From a virus (lineage: Duplodnaviria; Caudoviricetes), in IMG/VR virus record IMGVR_UViG_3300010362_000079, positions 1-29,257 of that record: a stretch of 29,257 nucleotides of DNA; one strand, 5' to 3'. The number at the start of each line of letters is the position of its first letter. Within the stretch, counting starts at the first letter, position 1. The position numbers and the translations under genes are program-made. The notes below the pieces were generated by a model. It ran no database searches and was not told the origin of the DNA. It worked only from the letters and a program-made list of their open reading frames with translations. Below are positions 10,042 through 17,932 of the stretch, in pieces.

Positions 10042-10526
10042 ATGATCCCGGTGACCTCGAACCGACGAGTGGCCCGCAGCTCGCCGGCCTTGGCTACGGT
10101 CTGGATCTCGTAGCGCTTGCCGTTCATCTGGGAGTCCTCGGGCGCGGAGGTGACCACCACCTCGTCGTAGCGCCGGATGATCGCCGGCTCATCCCAGGGG
10201 ATCGAGAGCTGGGTGGACTGCTGGTAGATCTCGGCATCCCCGACCACCACGGACGCGGCCCCGGCGATCTCCCAGATCCGGCAGGGGCCCTCGTAGACCA
10301 GCTCCCGTGGCCCCTCCGGGGTGAACACCAGGGTGTCCTCGTCGTAGCCATCCGGAGTCGATCCCCGGTAGATCTGGCAGGTGTTGTCCATTACGTCGGT
10401 GGCCCGGTGCCGAACGAACCGCTTCGCTTCGGCACTGATCGGGGTGTGATGGCGGGTCGCCGGTGGCGGGACAGGAGCCACCACCGGCGAGTCGAAGTCG
10501 GCGGAGAACGCCGAGGAGAGGCTCAC
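10038..10526 (-). CDS. Head-to-tail stopper/adaptor (DUF6093-like), 162 aa
   Basis: M..TC.I.R ... VYEGPCRI ... LSIPW ... D.V.VT pattern; position among connector genes. The exact start is uncertain. Confidence 0.8.
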   Translation of the reverse strand: MSLSSAFSADFDSPVVAPVPPPATRHHTPISAEAKRFVRHRATDVMDNTCQIYRGSTPDGYDEDTLVFTPEGPRELVYEGPCRIWEIAGAASVVVGDAEIYQQSTQLSIPWDEPAIIRRYDEVVVTSAPEDSQMNGKRYEIQTVAKAGELRATRRFEVTGIM

Positions 10527-10978
10527 AGCACGCCCTGACTGGGCACGACCACCAGAGCCAGAGTGAGCAGCTGGTTGTTGCTGGGCGTCCCGGTGATCGA
10601 CTCGATGGTCACCGGCACGTCCCGGTAGGCACCCTGGTCCACACTCACCCCGGTGACGTGGCCGTTCATCCGGACCCCGTTCTGCCCGCCCAGGGTGAAC
10701 TGCACGCTGTTCAGCTCATCGGCGAACCCGAAGGGAGTGTTCACCCCGTTGGCCGTGGTCTCGTTGACGTGGACCAGCACCGAGTCGGTGGACCAGCCGG
10801 CATTCATGGCGATCTTCCCGGTCGGCGGGGTCGGGTCGGTGGACCAGTTGAAGGCGTAGGTCTGGAAGATCGTGTGCGCGGCGATGTACAGCTCGGTCAC
10901 GATCGTGCGCAGGTCATCGGCACCGATCTCACCGGTGTCGTTGTCCGGCAGCAGGGCCAGCATCTCGTCCAGGTTCAT
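10523..10978 (-). CDS. Hypothetical, probably virion-associated protein, 151 aa
   Basis: N-terminal LLPDNDTGEIGADDLR helix motif followed by a beta-rich region; tightly packed in the operon. Confidence 0.75.
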   Translation of the reverse strand: MNLDEMLALLPDNDTGEIGADDLRTIVTELYIAAHTIFQTYAFNWSTDPTPPTGKIAMNAGWSTDSVLVHVNETTANGVNTPFGFADELNSVQFTLGGQNGVRMNGHVTGVSVDQGAYRDVPVTIESITGTPSNNQLLTLALVVVPSQGVL

Positions 10979-10981
10979 GAC

Positions 10982-11182
10982 TCAGTGTCCCGTGAGTGCG
11001 CGGATCGGGGCGATCGATCGAGCAGCGATCGTGACCGGGGTGGGGCCGGCACCGGCTCGAACGATGTGGTGGGTGGCGTTGACGGTGCCGGTCTTGAGCT
11101 TCACCAGCTTGCCCTTGGGCTTCACCACCCGCCGGATCACCATCTTGGAGACGGTGTGCTCCACCCCGAACGCGGACCTCAT
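10982..11182 (-). CDS. Small basic SAFG-tag family protein, 66 aa
   Basis: N-terminus MRSAFGVEHTVSK; ATGA overlap with the upstream gene. Confidence 0.8.
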   Translation of the reverse strand: MRSAFGVEHTVSKMVIRRVVKPKGKLVKLKTGTVNATHHIVRAGAGPTPVTIAARSIAPIRALTGH

Positions 11183-11685
11183 GGCTCGACGATCTGTTCC
11201 TGCGGCGGCACACCGAGAGGTGCGACCGACTGGTCCGGCGGGTAGACACCCCCGAACTCCTGAGGCCCGGCCTCGACGTAGTCGTGGATGCCCTTGCCGA
11301 AGGAGAACGGCTTGGTCCCTGGCTGCAGCTGCTCGTCGGGGGCGATTCCGCCCACGTCTGGGTAGCCCCCGACGAGCTTCTGCTTGTACTGCTCTCGCAG
11401 GGAGGCAGCCAGCATCCGGTACTGATCCCCGACCGGACCGAGCGAGACACTCACTCCGTCAGCACTGTAGGACGCCTCGCGTGCGTAACGCGCCGCGATG
11501 GTATCAGCGAGCGTTGCGGCCACGAACTCGTCGGAGTTGTACAGCGGGTACCAGGTGTCGTAGGCCCACTGGATCTCCTCGTCGGTGACCTGCCACTCAC
11601 CGGCGTTGTGTGGGTCGGTGTCTTGGATCAGGAACCGGATGGTGTCGGTCTCCGATGTGCCCGGCCCGGTGTAGGAGTAGGTCAT
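11179..11685 (-). CDS. Head-to-tail adaptor (gp6/gp15-like connector), 168 aa
   Basis: D.IRFLIQDTD...TDEEI motif and S.DGVSVS...Y..LA..LR; position after the capsid genes. Confidence 0.85.
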   Translation of the reverse strand: MTYSYTGPGTSETDTIRFLIQDTDPHNAGEWQVTDEEIQWAYDTWYPLYNSDEFVAATLADTIAARYAREASYSADGVSVSLGPVGDQYRMLAASLREQYKQKLVGGYPDVGGIAPDEQLQPGTKPFSFGKGIHDYVEAGPQEFGGVYPPDQSVAPLGVPPQEQIVEP

Positions 11686-12080
11686 GACGGGAGCTGCTGC
11701 TTCTTCCGGTCCTTGCTCCAGGCCCGGTAGCCCAGCGCTCCACCGGTGCCCAAGGCCAGGGTTCCCGTCAGTCCGGGGCGAGCCTCGAAGAACCGTCCGG
11801 CCACACCGGCACCTCGTCCCATACTCCTGCCGACGCCCTTGATCGAGATGTCCGCGCTGCCGATCCTGTGCAGCACCCCACCGCCACGCTGCTCGAGGGT
11901 CTTCCCCGCGTGCGCGGCCGGCACCTGGGTCCGCATCTGAGCCTGGGTGGGCTTCTTCCCACCCGGGCCCTTGGTCCCCTTCGGCACCGGGATCTTCTTC
12001 GTGGGCGGGGCCGGACGGTTCTTCTTGTCCTTGCTGACCAAGGAGAACTCGCCGTGCTCGACGCCGAAAGCACTGATCAT
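11682..12080 (-). CDS. Basic SAFG-tag family protein with C-terminal Gly-rich hydrophobic segment, 132 aa
   Basis: Likely start ATG 12080 (MISAFGVEHGEFSLVSK), 1 nt after the upstream stop; ends GLTGTLALGTGGALGYRAWSKDRKK. Confidence 0.85.
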   Translation of the reverse strand: MISAFGVEHGEFSLVSKDKKNRPAPPTKKIPVPKGTKGPGGKKPTQAQMRTQVPAAHAGKTLEQRGGGVLHRIGSADISIKGVGRSMGRGAGVAGRFFEARPGLTGTLALGTGGALGYRAWSKDRKKQQLPS

Positions 12081-12081
12081 G

Positions 12082-12420
12082 TCAGTACCCGCGGTTGCGC
12101 CGGTTCCCGTACGCGACACCACCGACGCCGGCTGCGCCGACACCGGCACCACCAGCGGTGATCCCACCGACGGTGCCCGGGCGAGCAGCGGCGAATCGGC
12201 TGACCTTCCGCATCCCCTGACCGGTCCGCTTCAGGGTGCCGTGCATGAACCCGGCTCCCATCCGCTCACTGCCCTGGAACTTGTTGGCCTGCTGGCCAGC
12301 GACCTTGGCCCCGCGCCGGAACAGCCCGCCGACACCGGCACCCAGCCTCTCGGCTCCGCCGGCGATGGAGAACTTCTCGATCTCGTCGTAGCCGTGGTCG
12401 ATTCCGAATGCGCTCTGCAT
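12082..12420 (-). CDS. Basic SAFG-tag family protein with C-terminal glycine-zipper-like segment, 112 aa
   Basis: N-terminus MQSAFGIDHGYDEIEK; ends GGITAGGAGVGAAGVGGVAYGNRRNRGY; TGATG coupling. Confidence 0.85.
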   Translation of the reverse strand: MQSAFGIDHGYDEIEKFSIAGGAERLGAGVGGLFRRGAKVAGQQANKFQGSERMGAGFMHGTLKRTGQGMRKVSRFAAARPGTVGGITAGGAGVGAAGVGGVAYGNRRNRGY

Positions 12421-12926
12421 CAGTACCCCTCCACGATCCCCTTGCGGTTCTTCCCCGCAGCCTCTCCGGCACGGACCGCGTCGGCCTCGTCCGGGTGCTC
12501 AGCCATGTAGGCCAGGACCTCGGCCACGGTGTGCGCGCCCGGGTCGTACTCGGTGCTGGACTCCTCAGGGCTCTCCTCGGTGCTGGAGTCCCCACCCGCT
12601 CCGGGCTCTGCAGCAGACCCGTCCTCATCGTCGGACTGCTCGGAGGGGGTGGGGGGTTCCACGTCCGGGAAGACGATCTGAGTCCGCTCCCGGAAGATGT
12701 ACTCCATCGCGTCGTCGCGCTGACGGACGTGGGTGTGCCAGTGCCGGGGCTTATCATTGAAGTCGTCGACCACCGGGATCACGAACCGAGCTCGGATCAT
12801 GGTCTCGATGTTGTTGGCCTCCTCCTGCGGGAAGTCGTCACCCATCTCGTACTGGGTGTCGCGCCACAGGAAGGGCTTGCACACGACGAAGGAGATCTTG
12901 TCGTTGTCGTAGAGCTGACTGGGCAT
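12420..12926 (-). CDS. Acidic head-associated protein, 168 aa
   Basis: Likely start ATG 12926 (MPSQLYDND) with GAGGT upstream. It has an acidic linker and a C-terminal helical motif YDPGAHTVAEVLAY...E.AGKNRKGI that I recognise from actinophage genes following the capsid gene. Confidence 0.8.
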   Translation of the reverse strand: MPSQLYDNDKISFVVCKPFLWRDTQYEMGDDFPQEEANNIETMIRARFVIPVVDDFNDKPRHWHTHVRQRDDAMEYIFRERTQIVFPDVEPPTPSEQSDDEDGSAAEPGAGGDSSTEESPEESSTEYDPGAHTVAEVLAYMAEHPDEADAVRAGEAAGKNRKGIVEGY

Positions 12927-12928
12927 CG

Positions 12929-13363
12929 TTACCTCGTTCTCGGTGTCCGAGGGGCACCAGGCCCACCCATCGGGCGACCGGTCAGACCGGCCACGTTGGG
13001 CTTCTTCGGCCGGGCCTTGATCGCCTGGGGTGCGGGCATCGTCCGGTTGATCGGCTTCGGCTTGCTGGTGTTGAACGCGGCGTTGAACTCGTGGTGGATG
13101 TCCATCTCGCTCGGCATCCGGCTGGCCTTCCTCGCCCCGCGCAGTCCGCGGAGCGGGTTGAAGACCTTGCTGATCCCGTGCTCGATCCCGAAGGCCGAGA
13201 CCGAGTGGTTCTTCTGCATCCGTGCGGTGAGGCCCTGGATCGGGCGAGTCCGCTTCCCGGGCAGGCCGGTGCCGGGGCCGGCAGGACCGACGCGCCGGCC
13301 AGCCATGACCGGCTTCAGGCGACCCGCGTTCTTCGCCTGCAGCAACCCGGTCGGGACGCCCAT
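12929..13363 (-). CDS. Basic Pro/Arg-rich protein with internal SAFG tag, 144 aa
   Basis: Strong SD (GAGGAGG) before ATG 13363; internal SAFGIEHGISK at ~13166-13198. Confidence 0.8.
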   Translation of the reverse strand: MGVPTGLLQAKNAGRLKPVMAGRRVGPAGPGTGLPGKRTRPIQGLTARMQKNHSVSAFGIEHGISKVFNPLRGLRGARKASRMPSEMDIHHEFNAAFNTSKPKPINRTMPAPQAIKARPKKPNVAGLTGRPMGGPGAPRTPRTR

Positions 13364-13375
13364 CGCTCCTCCTCA

Positions 13376-13411
13376 GAAGCGGGCCGTGGGCCACACCCCA
13401 CAGCCCGCTTC
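13376..13411 (-). terminator. 15-bp RNA hairpin after the original capsid stop (terminator or mRNA-stabilising stem)
   Basis: Minus strand GAAGCGGGCUGUGGG-GUGUGG-CCCACGGCCCGCUUC pairs fully with one G-U. There is no U tract, so termination is uncertain. Confidence 0.65.
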
Positions 13412-13424
13412 AGGGTAGATCTGG

Positions 13425-13490
13425 TCAGGAGACAGCCGAGGCCAGGAAGATGCCCATGTCCTTGGCGATGATCCGCATGTCGTAGGTCAT
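13425..13490 (-). pseudogene. Stranded original 3' end of the major capsid gene (MTYDMRIIAKDMGIFLASAVS*)
   Basis: 66-nt diverged duplicate of 13925..13990, exactly 500 bp away; the first 16 residues are identical. Confidence 0.9.
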
Positions 13491-13921
13491 GCTTCCTCCT
13501 CAGCGTGTCCCTGGTTCAGGTTGGAGATCTGCTTCCGGATACTCTCCCGTAAGGCCAGGTCCGGCTTTGGAGCTCCAAACCCACCCCTGCGCTTCGTCTC
13601 CTGGAACTGGATCCCAAGGGTCGCCTGTTCCTTCTTGATCACCAGGAAGGGAAGGATCTCCTTCAGGAACTTCATCGCCCTGCCATCCGCGAGAGTCCAT
13701 CTGTGTGCGGCCCTCCACTCCTGCTTGGCGAAGTACCGAGGGTTGTGGATGCATCCGCCCCAGCGCTCAAACAGCCACTGGATGACCTCGGGGTTGGTGT
13801 TGGTGATGGTGAGCTGGAGACGGTGGTACACGTAGCCCTTGCCGTTCTTGACCACCATGATCCCGACGGAGCCTTCTCCGTCAAAGATGCCGGCGGCATA
13901 CCCCAGCTCACCCTCGGTCAT
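13487..13921 (-). CDS. Free-standing single-motif LAGLIDADG homing endonuclease, 144 aa
   Basis: N-terminal YAAGIFDGEGSV motif, L.ITNTN...I.WL...GG.I, and FLKEILPFLVIKKEQA, typical of the family. Confidence 0.93.
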   Translation of the reverse strand: MTEGELGYAAGIFDGEGSVGIMVVKNGKGYVYHRLQLTITNTNPEVIQWLFERWGGCIHNPRYFAKQEWRAAHRWTLADGRAMKFLKEILPFLVIKKEQATLGIQFQETKRRGGFGAPKPDLALRESIRKQISNLNQGHAEEEA

Positions 13922-13990
13922 GATCTACGCCACCGCGTTGCTGAGGAAAATCCCCATGTCCTTGGCGATAATGCGCATATCATAAGTCAT
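13491..13990 (-). mobile_element. 500-bp homing-endonuclease cassette carrying a replacement capsid 3' end
   Basis: Deleting 13491..13990 joins ...ATCGAGGGTGAG to ATGACCTACGAC... and restores an in-frame capsid gene of the same length. Confidence 0.85.
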
Positions 13991-14923
13991 CTCACCCTCG
14001 ATGCGGTCCGCCTCGATCCACTCCATCCGGAAGTTCTTCATCCGGACGCCGTAGCCGTTGCCGGCCAGGTATCCGTTCCAGGTGAAGCAGTAGCCGGCAG
14101 CCGGCGTCATCAGCGAGGGCGAGCTCGGGGTGTAGCACAGGAGCGCGCTCTTGCTGTTGGACATGAACTGGTACGTGGCCGCGGCGTCCTGCGCCTTGGC
14201 GTCGTTCAGCTCGGCCACGTTGGTCACCGTCGCGTAGCTGACCAGGATCTTCTCCACGTCGAACAGCGACGCGAGCAGGTCGGTGGTCACCACACCGCGC
14301 TGGGTGTACTTGATGCGGTCGATGATGTCCGGGTGGTTCTTCAGGGCGATGATCGTGTTCGCGCCCAGGACCAACGTGTTGGCCTTGCGGCCTGACTGCT
14401 GCACGAAGTTGGTCTGCAGGTTGGCGAACTGCACGATCGGGTCGGATGCCGCGTTGTCCCACTGCAGGAACTGCCCTGCCGTCGGGGCCGTGGCCACGCC
14501 GGTCAGGTCGGTGCCCCAGAGCCCGGTGCCGAAGAACTTCGCGTTCCAGTCCAGGTCCCGACGGAGCAGGAGCTGGTTGGTCACGAAGTTGGTGGCATCG
14601 GAGTCCAGCCGCCAGTTGGAGTCAGCGTTCGCGCGGACCTGGTCGTCGATGTCCTTGTGGACAGCCCAGACCTCGCAGAAGTACTGCCCGGTGTCGAGCG
14701 TCCAGCCGACTCCGGCCGACTCGGTACCCGGGGCACGCTTCTGCGCGTCCGTCCGACGCCAGTCGGACTTGGAGTACTTCCAGTACAGATCGGACTGCTT
14801 CTGCACCGGCACCCGGGGGAAGACCTTGTCGGCGATGAACGTCGCCTTGTCCTGCATGTAGGCGACGCTGACGTTGGTCAGCGGCACATTGACGTGAAGG
14901 TCGCTCTGGGTGGGGTTAGGCAT
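13925..14923 (-). CDS. Major capsid protein, 332 aa
   Basis: LTNVSVAY...FIADKVFPRVPVQKQSD.Y...RAPGTES N-terminus and L.NHPDIIDRIKY, resembling lambda gpE-like HK97-fold capsids; follows scaffold and cement genes. Confidence 0.93.
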   Translation of the reverse strand: MPNPTQSDLHVNVPLTNVSVAYMQDKATFIADKVFPRVPVQKQSDLYWKYSKSDWRRTDAQKRAPGTESAGVGWTLDTGQYFCEVWAVHKDIDDQVRANADSNWRLDSDATNFVTNQLLLRRDLDWNAKFFGTGLWGTDLTGVATAPTAGQFLQWDNAASDPIVQFANLQTNFVQQSGRKANTLVLGANTIIALKNHPDIIDRIKYTQRGVVTTDLLASLFDVEKILVSYATVTNVAELNDAKAQDAAATYQFMSNSKSALLCYTPSSPSLMTPAAGYCFTWNGYLAGNGYGVRMKNFRMEWIEADRIEGEMTYDMRIIAKDMGIFLSNAVA

Positions 14924-14935
14924 GGCTCACTCCTC

Positions 14936-15337
14936 TCAGAGCGTCAGGAGAACGTTGACGAGTTCCCCGGGGTTGGCGGTGGTGGACAGGGCGATTCCGA
15001 CCTGAGGACCGCTGCCGGTCTTGGCAGCCTGTCCGTCAGCACTGACGAAGATCGTGTCGCCGGCGGTGATCGCGACATCGGAGACCACCTTGGACACGCC
15101 GGCGATGGCGACCGTGGCCGCGTTGCCGGCATTCTGGGGCTTGTTCTGACACACCCCGACTACGGCTCCCGTGGCAGCCGCCAGACCGACCTGGTGCGCC
15201 CCAGTGACCTTCACGAAGTGGTACTGCTTCCCTCCGTGCGGGTCAGGGGAACCGGGCTGGCCCGGGACGCCCGTGTAGACGGCCAAGGTCGCATCCGCGT
15301 TCAGCGTGATAGACCGTAGGCTCTCTTCGTAGGCCAT
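14936..15337 (-). CDS. Capsid cement / decoration protein (DUF2190-like), 133 aa
   Basis: GV.QNKP...G.AATV...GVSKV...AI.AGD...SADGQA...VGIAL..A..GE.V.VLL pattern; immediately before the capsid gene. Confidence 0.85.
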   Translation of the reverse strand: MAYEESLRSITLNADATLAVYTGVPGQPGSPDPHGGKQYHFVKVTGAHQVGLAAATGAVVGVCQNKPQNAGNAATVAIAGVSKVVSDVAITAGDTIFVSADGQAAKTGSGPQVGIALSTTANPGELVNVLLTL

Positions 15338-15355
15338 CGAGCTTCCCTTCCTTCC

Positions 15356-16171
15356 TTACCGGTTCCGCTGTGCGGCCAGGTACTCGTCGTAGGCGTCAGG
15401 GTTCTCCTCGAACACCTGGTTGATCGCCGAGGTCTCGGTGTAGCCCTCCGACTTCCCGAAGGTGTCGTAGGCGTGCTGGGCGACCTGGCTGTAGACATCC
15501 GCGTTGTCGCCACCACCGGTGTAGCCGGTCTCCTCGAAGAGGATCTCGCCGGCCGTCTCCAGGCACTTGGCGATCACCGCGCAGTCGTCGTACGACATGG
15601 TCTCGGCCATCCGGTAGAGCACCGGGCCGAGCTCGTCGGGCGAGACCGGAAGGTTGTACTCGGCGGCCTTGGAGATGTACTCCCGGGTGAGCCGGAGGTC
15701 GCGCTCGGACTTGGCGATCTCGGCCTGCTGGTAGATCTGGCCCTCCAGCTCCTCGACTCGGCCGAGCGCCTTGGCGATCACCGCGTCCCGGTCGTTGTCG
15801 GAGAACGCCTTGGAGAGCTCCTCCATCACGGCCTGGGAGAAGCTGCCGGCCTTCGGAGCCGGCTTCTCGAAGAAGGCACTCTTCCCGACGGTGGCCGGCT
15901 CGAGCTCCGGGTCAGGCTCGTTCTCCTCCTCGCCCTCACCTTCGTCCTCGACGTACTCGTAGGCATTGCCCTCGTCGTCGAAGACAACGTCACCGAACTC
16001 CAGGTCGTCCTCGGAGAGGGGCGTTCCTTCCTGGTCGTAGATCTGGGGCATCTCTTCCTCCTCAGGAGCCCTCTTCGCGATGACGAACCGCGAGAACTGG
16101 TTGGCGGTCTTGTCCACCGTGGAGATCTCGTCGATCTCCATGTCACTGAGCTGGTTCTTCGGTCGTGGCAT
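15356..16171 (-). CDS. Scaffold protein with N-terminal protease-like strand, 271 aa
   Basis: Very acidic and helical, upstream of cement and capsid; N-terminus LSDMEIDEISTVDKTAN; SD GAGGT. Confidence 0.85.
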   Translation of the reverse strand: MPRPKNQLSDMEIDEISTVDKTANQFSRFVIAKRAPEEEEMPQIYDQEGTPLSEDDLEFGDVVFDDEGNAYEYVEDEGEGEEENEPDPELEPATVGKSAFFEKPAPKAGSFSQAVMEELSKAFSDNDRDAVIAKALGRVEELEGQIYQQAEIAKSERDLRLTREYISKAAEYNLPVSPDELGPVLYRMAETMSYDDCAVIAKCLETAGEILFEETGYTGGGDNADVYSQVAQHAYDTFGKSEGYTETSAINQVFEENPDAYDEYLAAQRNR

Positions 16172-16219
16172 GTCATCTACCTCTACTGCTCAGTCTCACG
16201 ATGTTGTCCATTCGATGGG

Positions 16220-17932
16220 TCACTGGCTGAGATGGTCAACGCCGAACGCGGACCTCGAGTCCCGCTTCTCGTACGACTCCCAGGACTTCGACTTCGATCG
16301 GTGATGCAAGATCGGTGCCGCGCCGGCAGCGACCACGGCACCGCCGGCCAGAGCAGCAGCGGTCTTCGCCCGCGCGTGCCCGAGCCGCTTGAGGCTGTGC
16401 GAGCTCTCCTGCATGCCCCGGTAGATGCTCGAGCTCCGAGGTGCCTTCAGCTTCTTCTTGCTCGCGTACGACTCCGCGTCGGCCTTGGCCTTCCGGGCCT
16501 GCTGGTGGGTGAAGGCAGCATGGGTGCCACTGCCCACGGCACCGGCAGCCAGACCGGCGGAGATGCCGGAGGCGATCTTCGGGTAGGACCGACCGCGCTT
16601 CTGTCGCTTCTCCTCCGGGTCGTAGGTAGACGAGACCGGGGTCCAGGCCTCCGCCTTGCCGATCTCCCCGACGTACGGCTCATCCCAGGACTTCGTGACC
16701 GTCTTCTTCGGTGTGACCGGCATGGCTGCCTTCCGCTTCCGTGACTCCGCGTTGGTGTAGGAGGCGAAGTTGAACGCCCCGACTCCGCCGATACCGGCGG
16801 AGGTGGCCAGGATCGGAGCCGTGTGACCGGACAGGTTCTTGGGGTGCAGTGACTTCGGCCGTGTCCGGTTGATCGCCTTGAACGCCGCCTTCGAGGCCTT
16901 GCCGCCACGCTTGGTGGCCAGCAGCGTTCCACCCAGGGCGGTCAGGCCGAGGGTGCCGGTGGTCAGCGAGATGTGGCTCTGCAGCTTCTTCCGTCGCCGG
17001 ATCTCGGCATCGGACATGATCCGCTTCGACATCTCACCGGTGTACGGAGCCTCGATCCCGACCGACTTGCTGACCGGCTTCTTCTTGTGCCCGGCGGCTG
17101 CTACCGCCCCAGCACCGGTCAGACCGGCGGCACCGAGGGTGGCCGCGACCCCGGTCTTCCCGGTGTGGGTGTGAGTCAGGATCCGACGGACTCGACCACC
17201 AGGGAGGCTCTTCGGGTAGGTCTTGAACCAGTTCCGCATCTCGGGGCTGTTCTTGGTCGCCCCTGGCGGCATCTTGGCCTGGTGCTCAGCGAACTTCGCC
17301 GCGTGCTTCGGGTTCGTCTTGATCTGCTTGGCCCACTTCTTCTCCTTCGGGATGAAGGCGTAGCCGGCTCCCTGGTAGGCCGCAGCACCGCCGGCGGCAC
17401 CGAGGTACCCAGCCGCCAGCTTCTTCTGGTCGTCGTCCTTCTTGCTCACCTCACCTGCATACAGCGGCTCGATGCCCTTGGAGACCGGGTGCTTCTCGTT
17501 CACCTTCAGCTGGTGCCGCGCTCCCATGTAGGAGACCGGGACGCCGACCCCGGCAGTGACCAGGTTCGCGGTCAACGACCTCGGCCCTAGCCGGGGCTTG
17601 ATCAGCTTCCGCTCCGAGGCCAGCTCGTGCAGTGCCCGGTAGGCAGCCTTGCGCTGCAACCGGATCGGGGCGGTGTCCAGCGACGAAGGAGCACTGGTCC
17701 GACGCAGCTTCTGGGCCTGCTTGCCCGACGAGGTCAGTCCACGTCGCGCGCCGGCGGACTTCGGCATGGTCCGCTGGATGTGTGCGACCCGGCGATCGAT
17801 CCGGGCCTTCCGGGCGGCGACCGCCCTCCGCTCGAGCCCTATTCCGGCCGGTGTCGAGACCGCCAGGCCGGCACCACCAGCCGCGACCGCGGCCCCACCG
17901 TAGGTGCGCTCGTCCTTCTTCTTGGTAGCCAT
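16220..17932 (-). CDS. Basic four-module putative polyprotein with C-terminal SAFG tag, 570 aa
   Basis: Likely start ATG 17932 (MATKKKDERT; TGATG overlap with the protease stop). Three repeated V[ST]K...E..Y.GE..K linkers, eight Gly/Ala hydrophobic segments, and the ending RSAFGVDHLSQ. Confidence 0.85.
   Translation of the reverse strand: MATKKKDERTYGGAAVAAGGAGLAVSTPAGIGLERRAVAARKARIDRRVAHIQRTMPKSAGARRGLTSSGKQAQKLRRTSAPSSLDTAPIRLQRKAAYRALHELASERKLIKPRLGPRSLTANLVTAGVGVPVSYMGARHQLKVNEKHPVSKGIEPLYAGEVSKKDDDQKKLAAGYLGAAGGAAAYQGAGYAFIPKEKKWAKQIKTNPKHAAKFAEHQAKMPPGATKNSPEMRNWFKTYPKSLPGGRVRRILTHTHTGKTGVAATLGAAGLTGAGAVAAAGHKKKPVSKSVGIEAPYTGEMSKRIMSDAEIRRRKKLQSHISLTTGTLGLTALGGTLLATKRGGKASKAAFKAINRTRPKSLHPKNLSGHTAPILATSAGIGGVGAFNFASYTNAESRKRKAAMPVTPKKTVTKSWDEPYVGEIGKAEAWTPVSSTYDPEEKRQKRGRSYPKIASGISAGLAAGAVGSGTHAAFTHQQARKAKADAESYASKKKLKAPRSSSIYRGMQESSHSLKRLGHARAKTAAALAGGAVVAAGAAPILHHRSKSKSWESYEKRDSRSAFGVDHLSQ

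Noticed and set aside
10490-10526. SSAFSADF at the start of the stopper gene and KSAFFEK in the scaffold as further tag copies
   Set aside because: Only SAF matches; the G-[VI]-[ED]-H half is missing.
13425-13990. Group I intron or intein in the capsid gene
   Set aside because: The 500-bp insert is almost entirely recoded tail plus endonuclease ORF, leaving no room for a ribozyme core. The capsid has its own stop and there are no intein Cys/His-Asn termini.
13425-13990. Diversity-generating retroelement template/variable repeat pair
   Set aside because: Differences are synonymous third-position changes rather than adenine-specific, and no reverse transcriptase is present in the window.
16172-16219. 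Sigma-70-type promoter (TGGACA ... TAGAGG) before the scaffold
   Set aside because: Spacing is 19 nt and the -10 match is poor and overlaps the SD, so it is not supportable.
11682-17932. Holin/lysis cassette or RiPP bacteriocin cluster as explanation of the Gly-rich hydrophobic proteins
   Set aside because: No endolysin, modification enzyme, transporter or immunity gene is adjacent. The genes are dispersed within head-assembly genes and share motifs with the scaffold.
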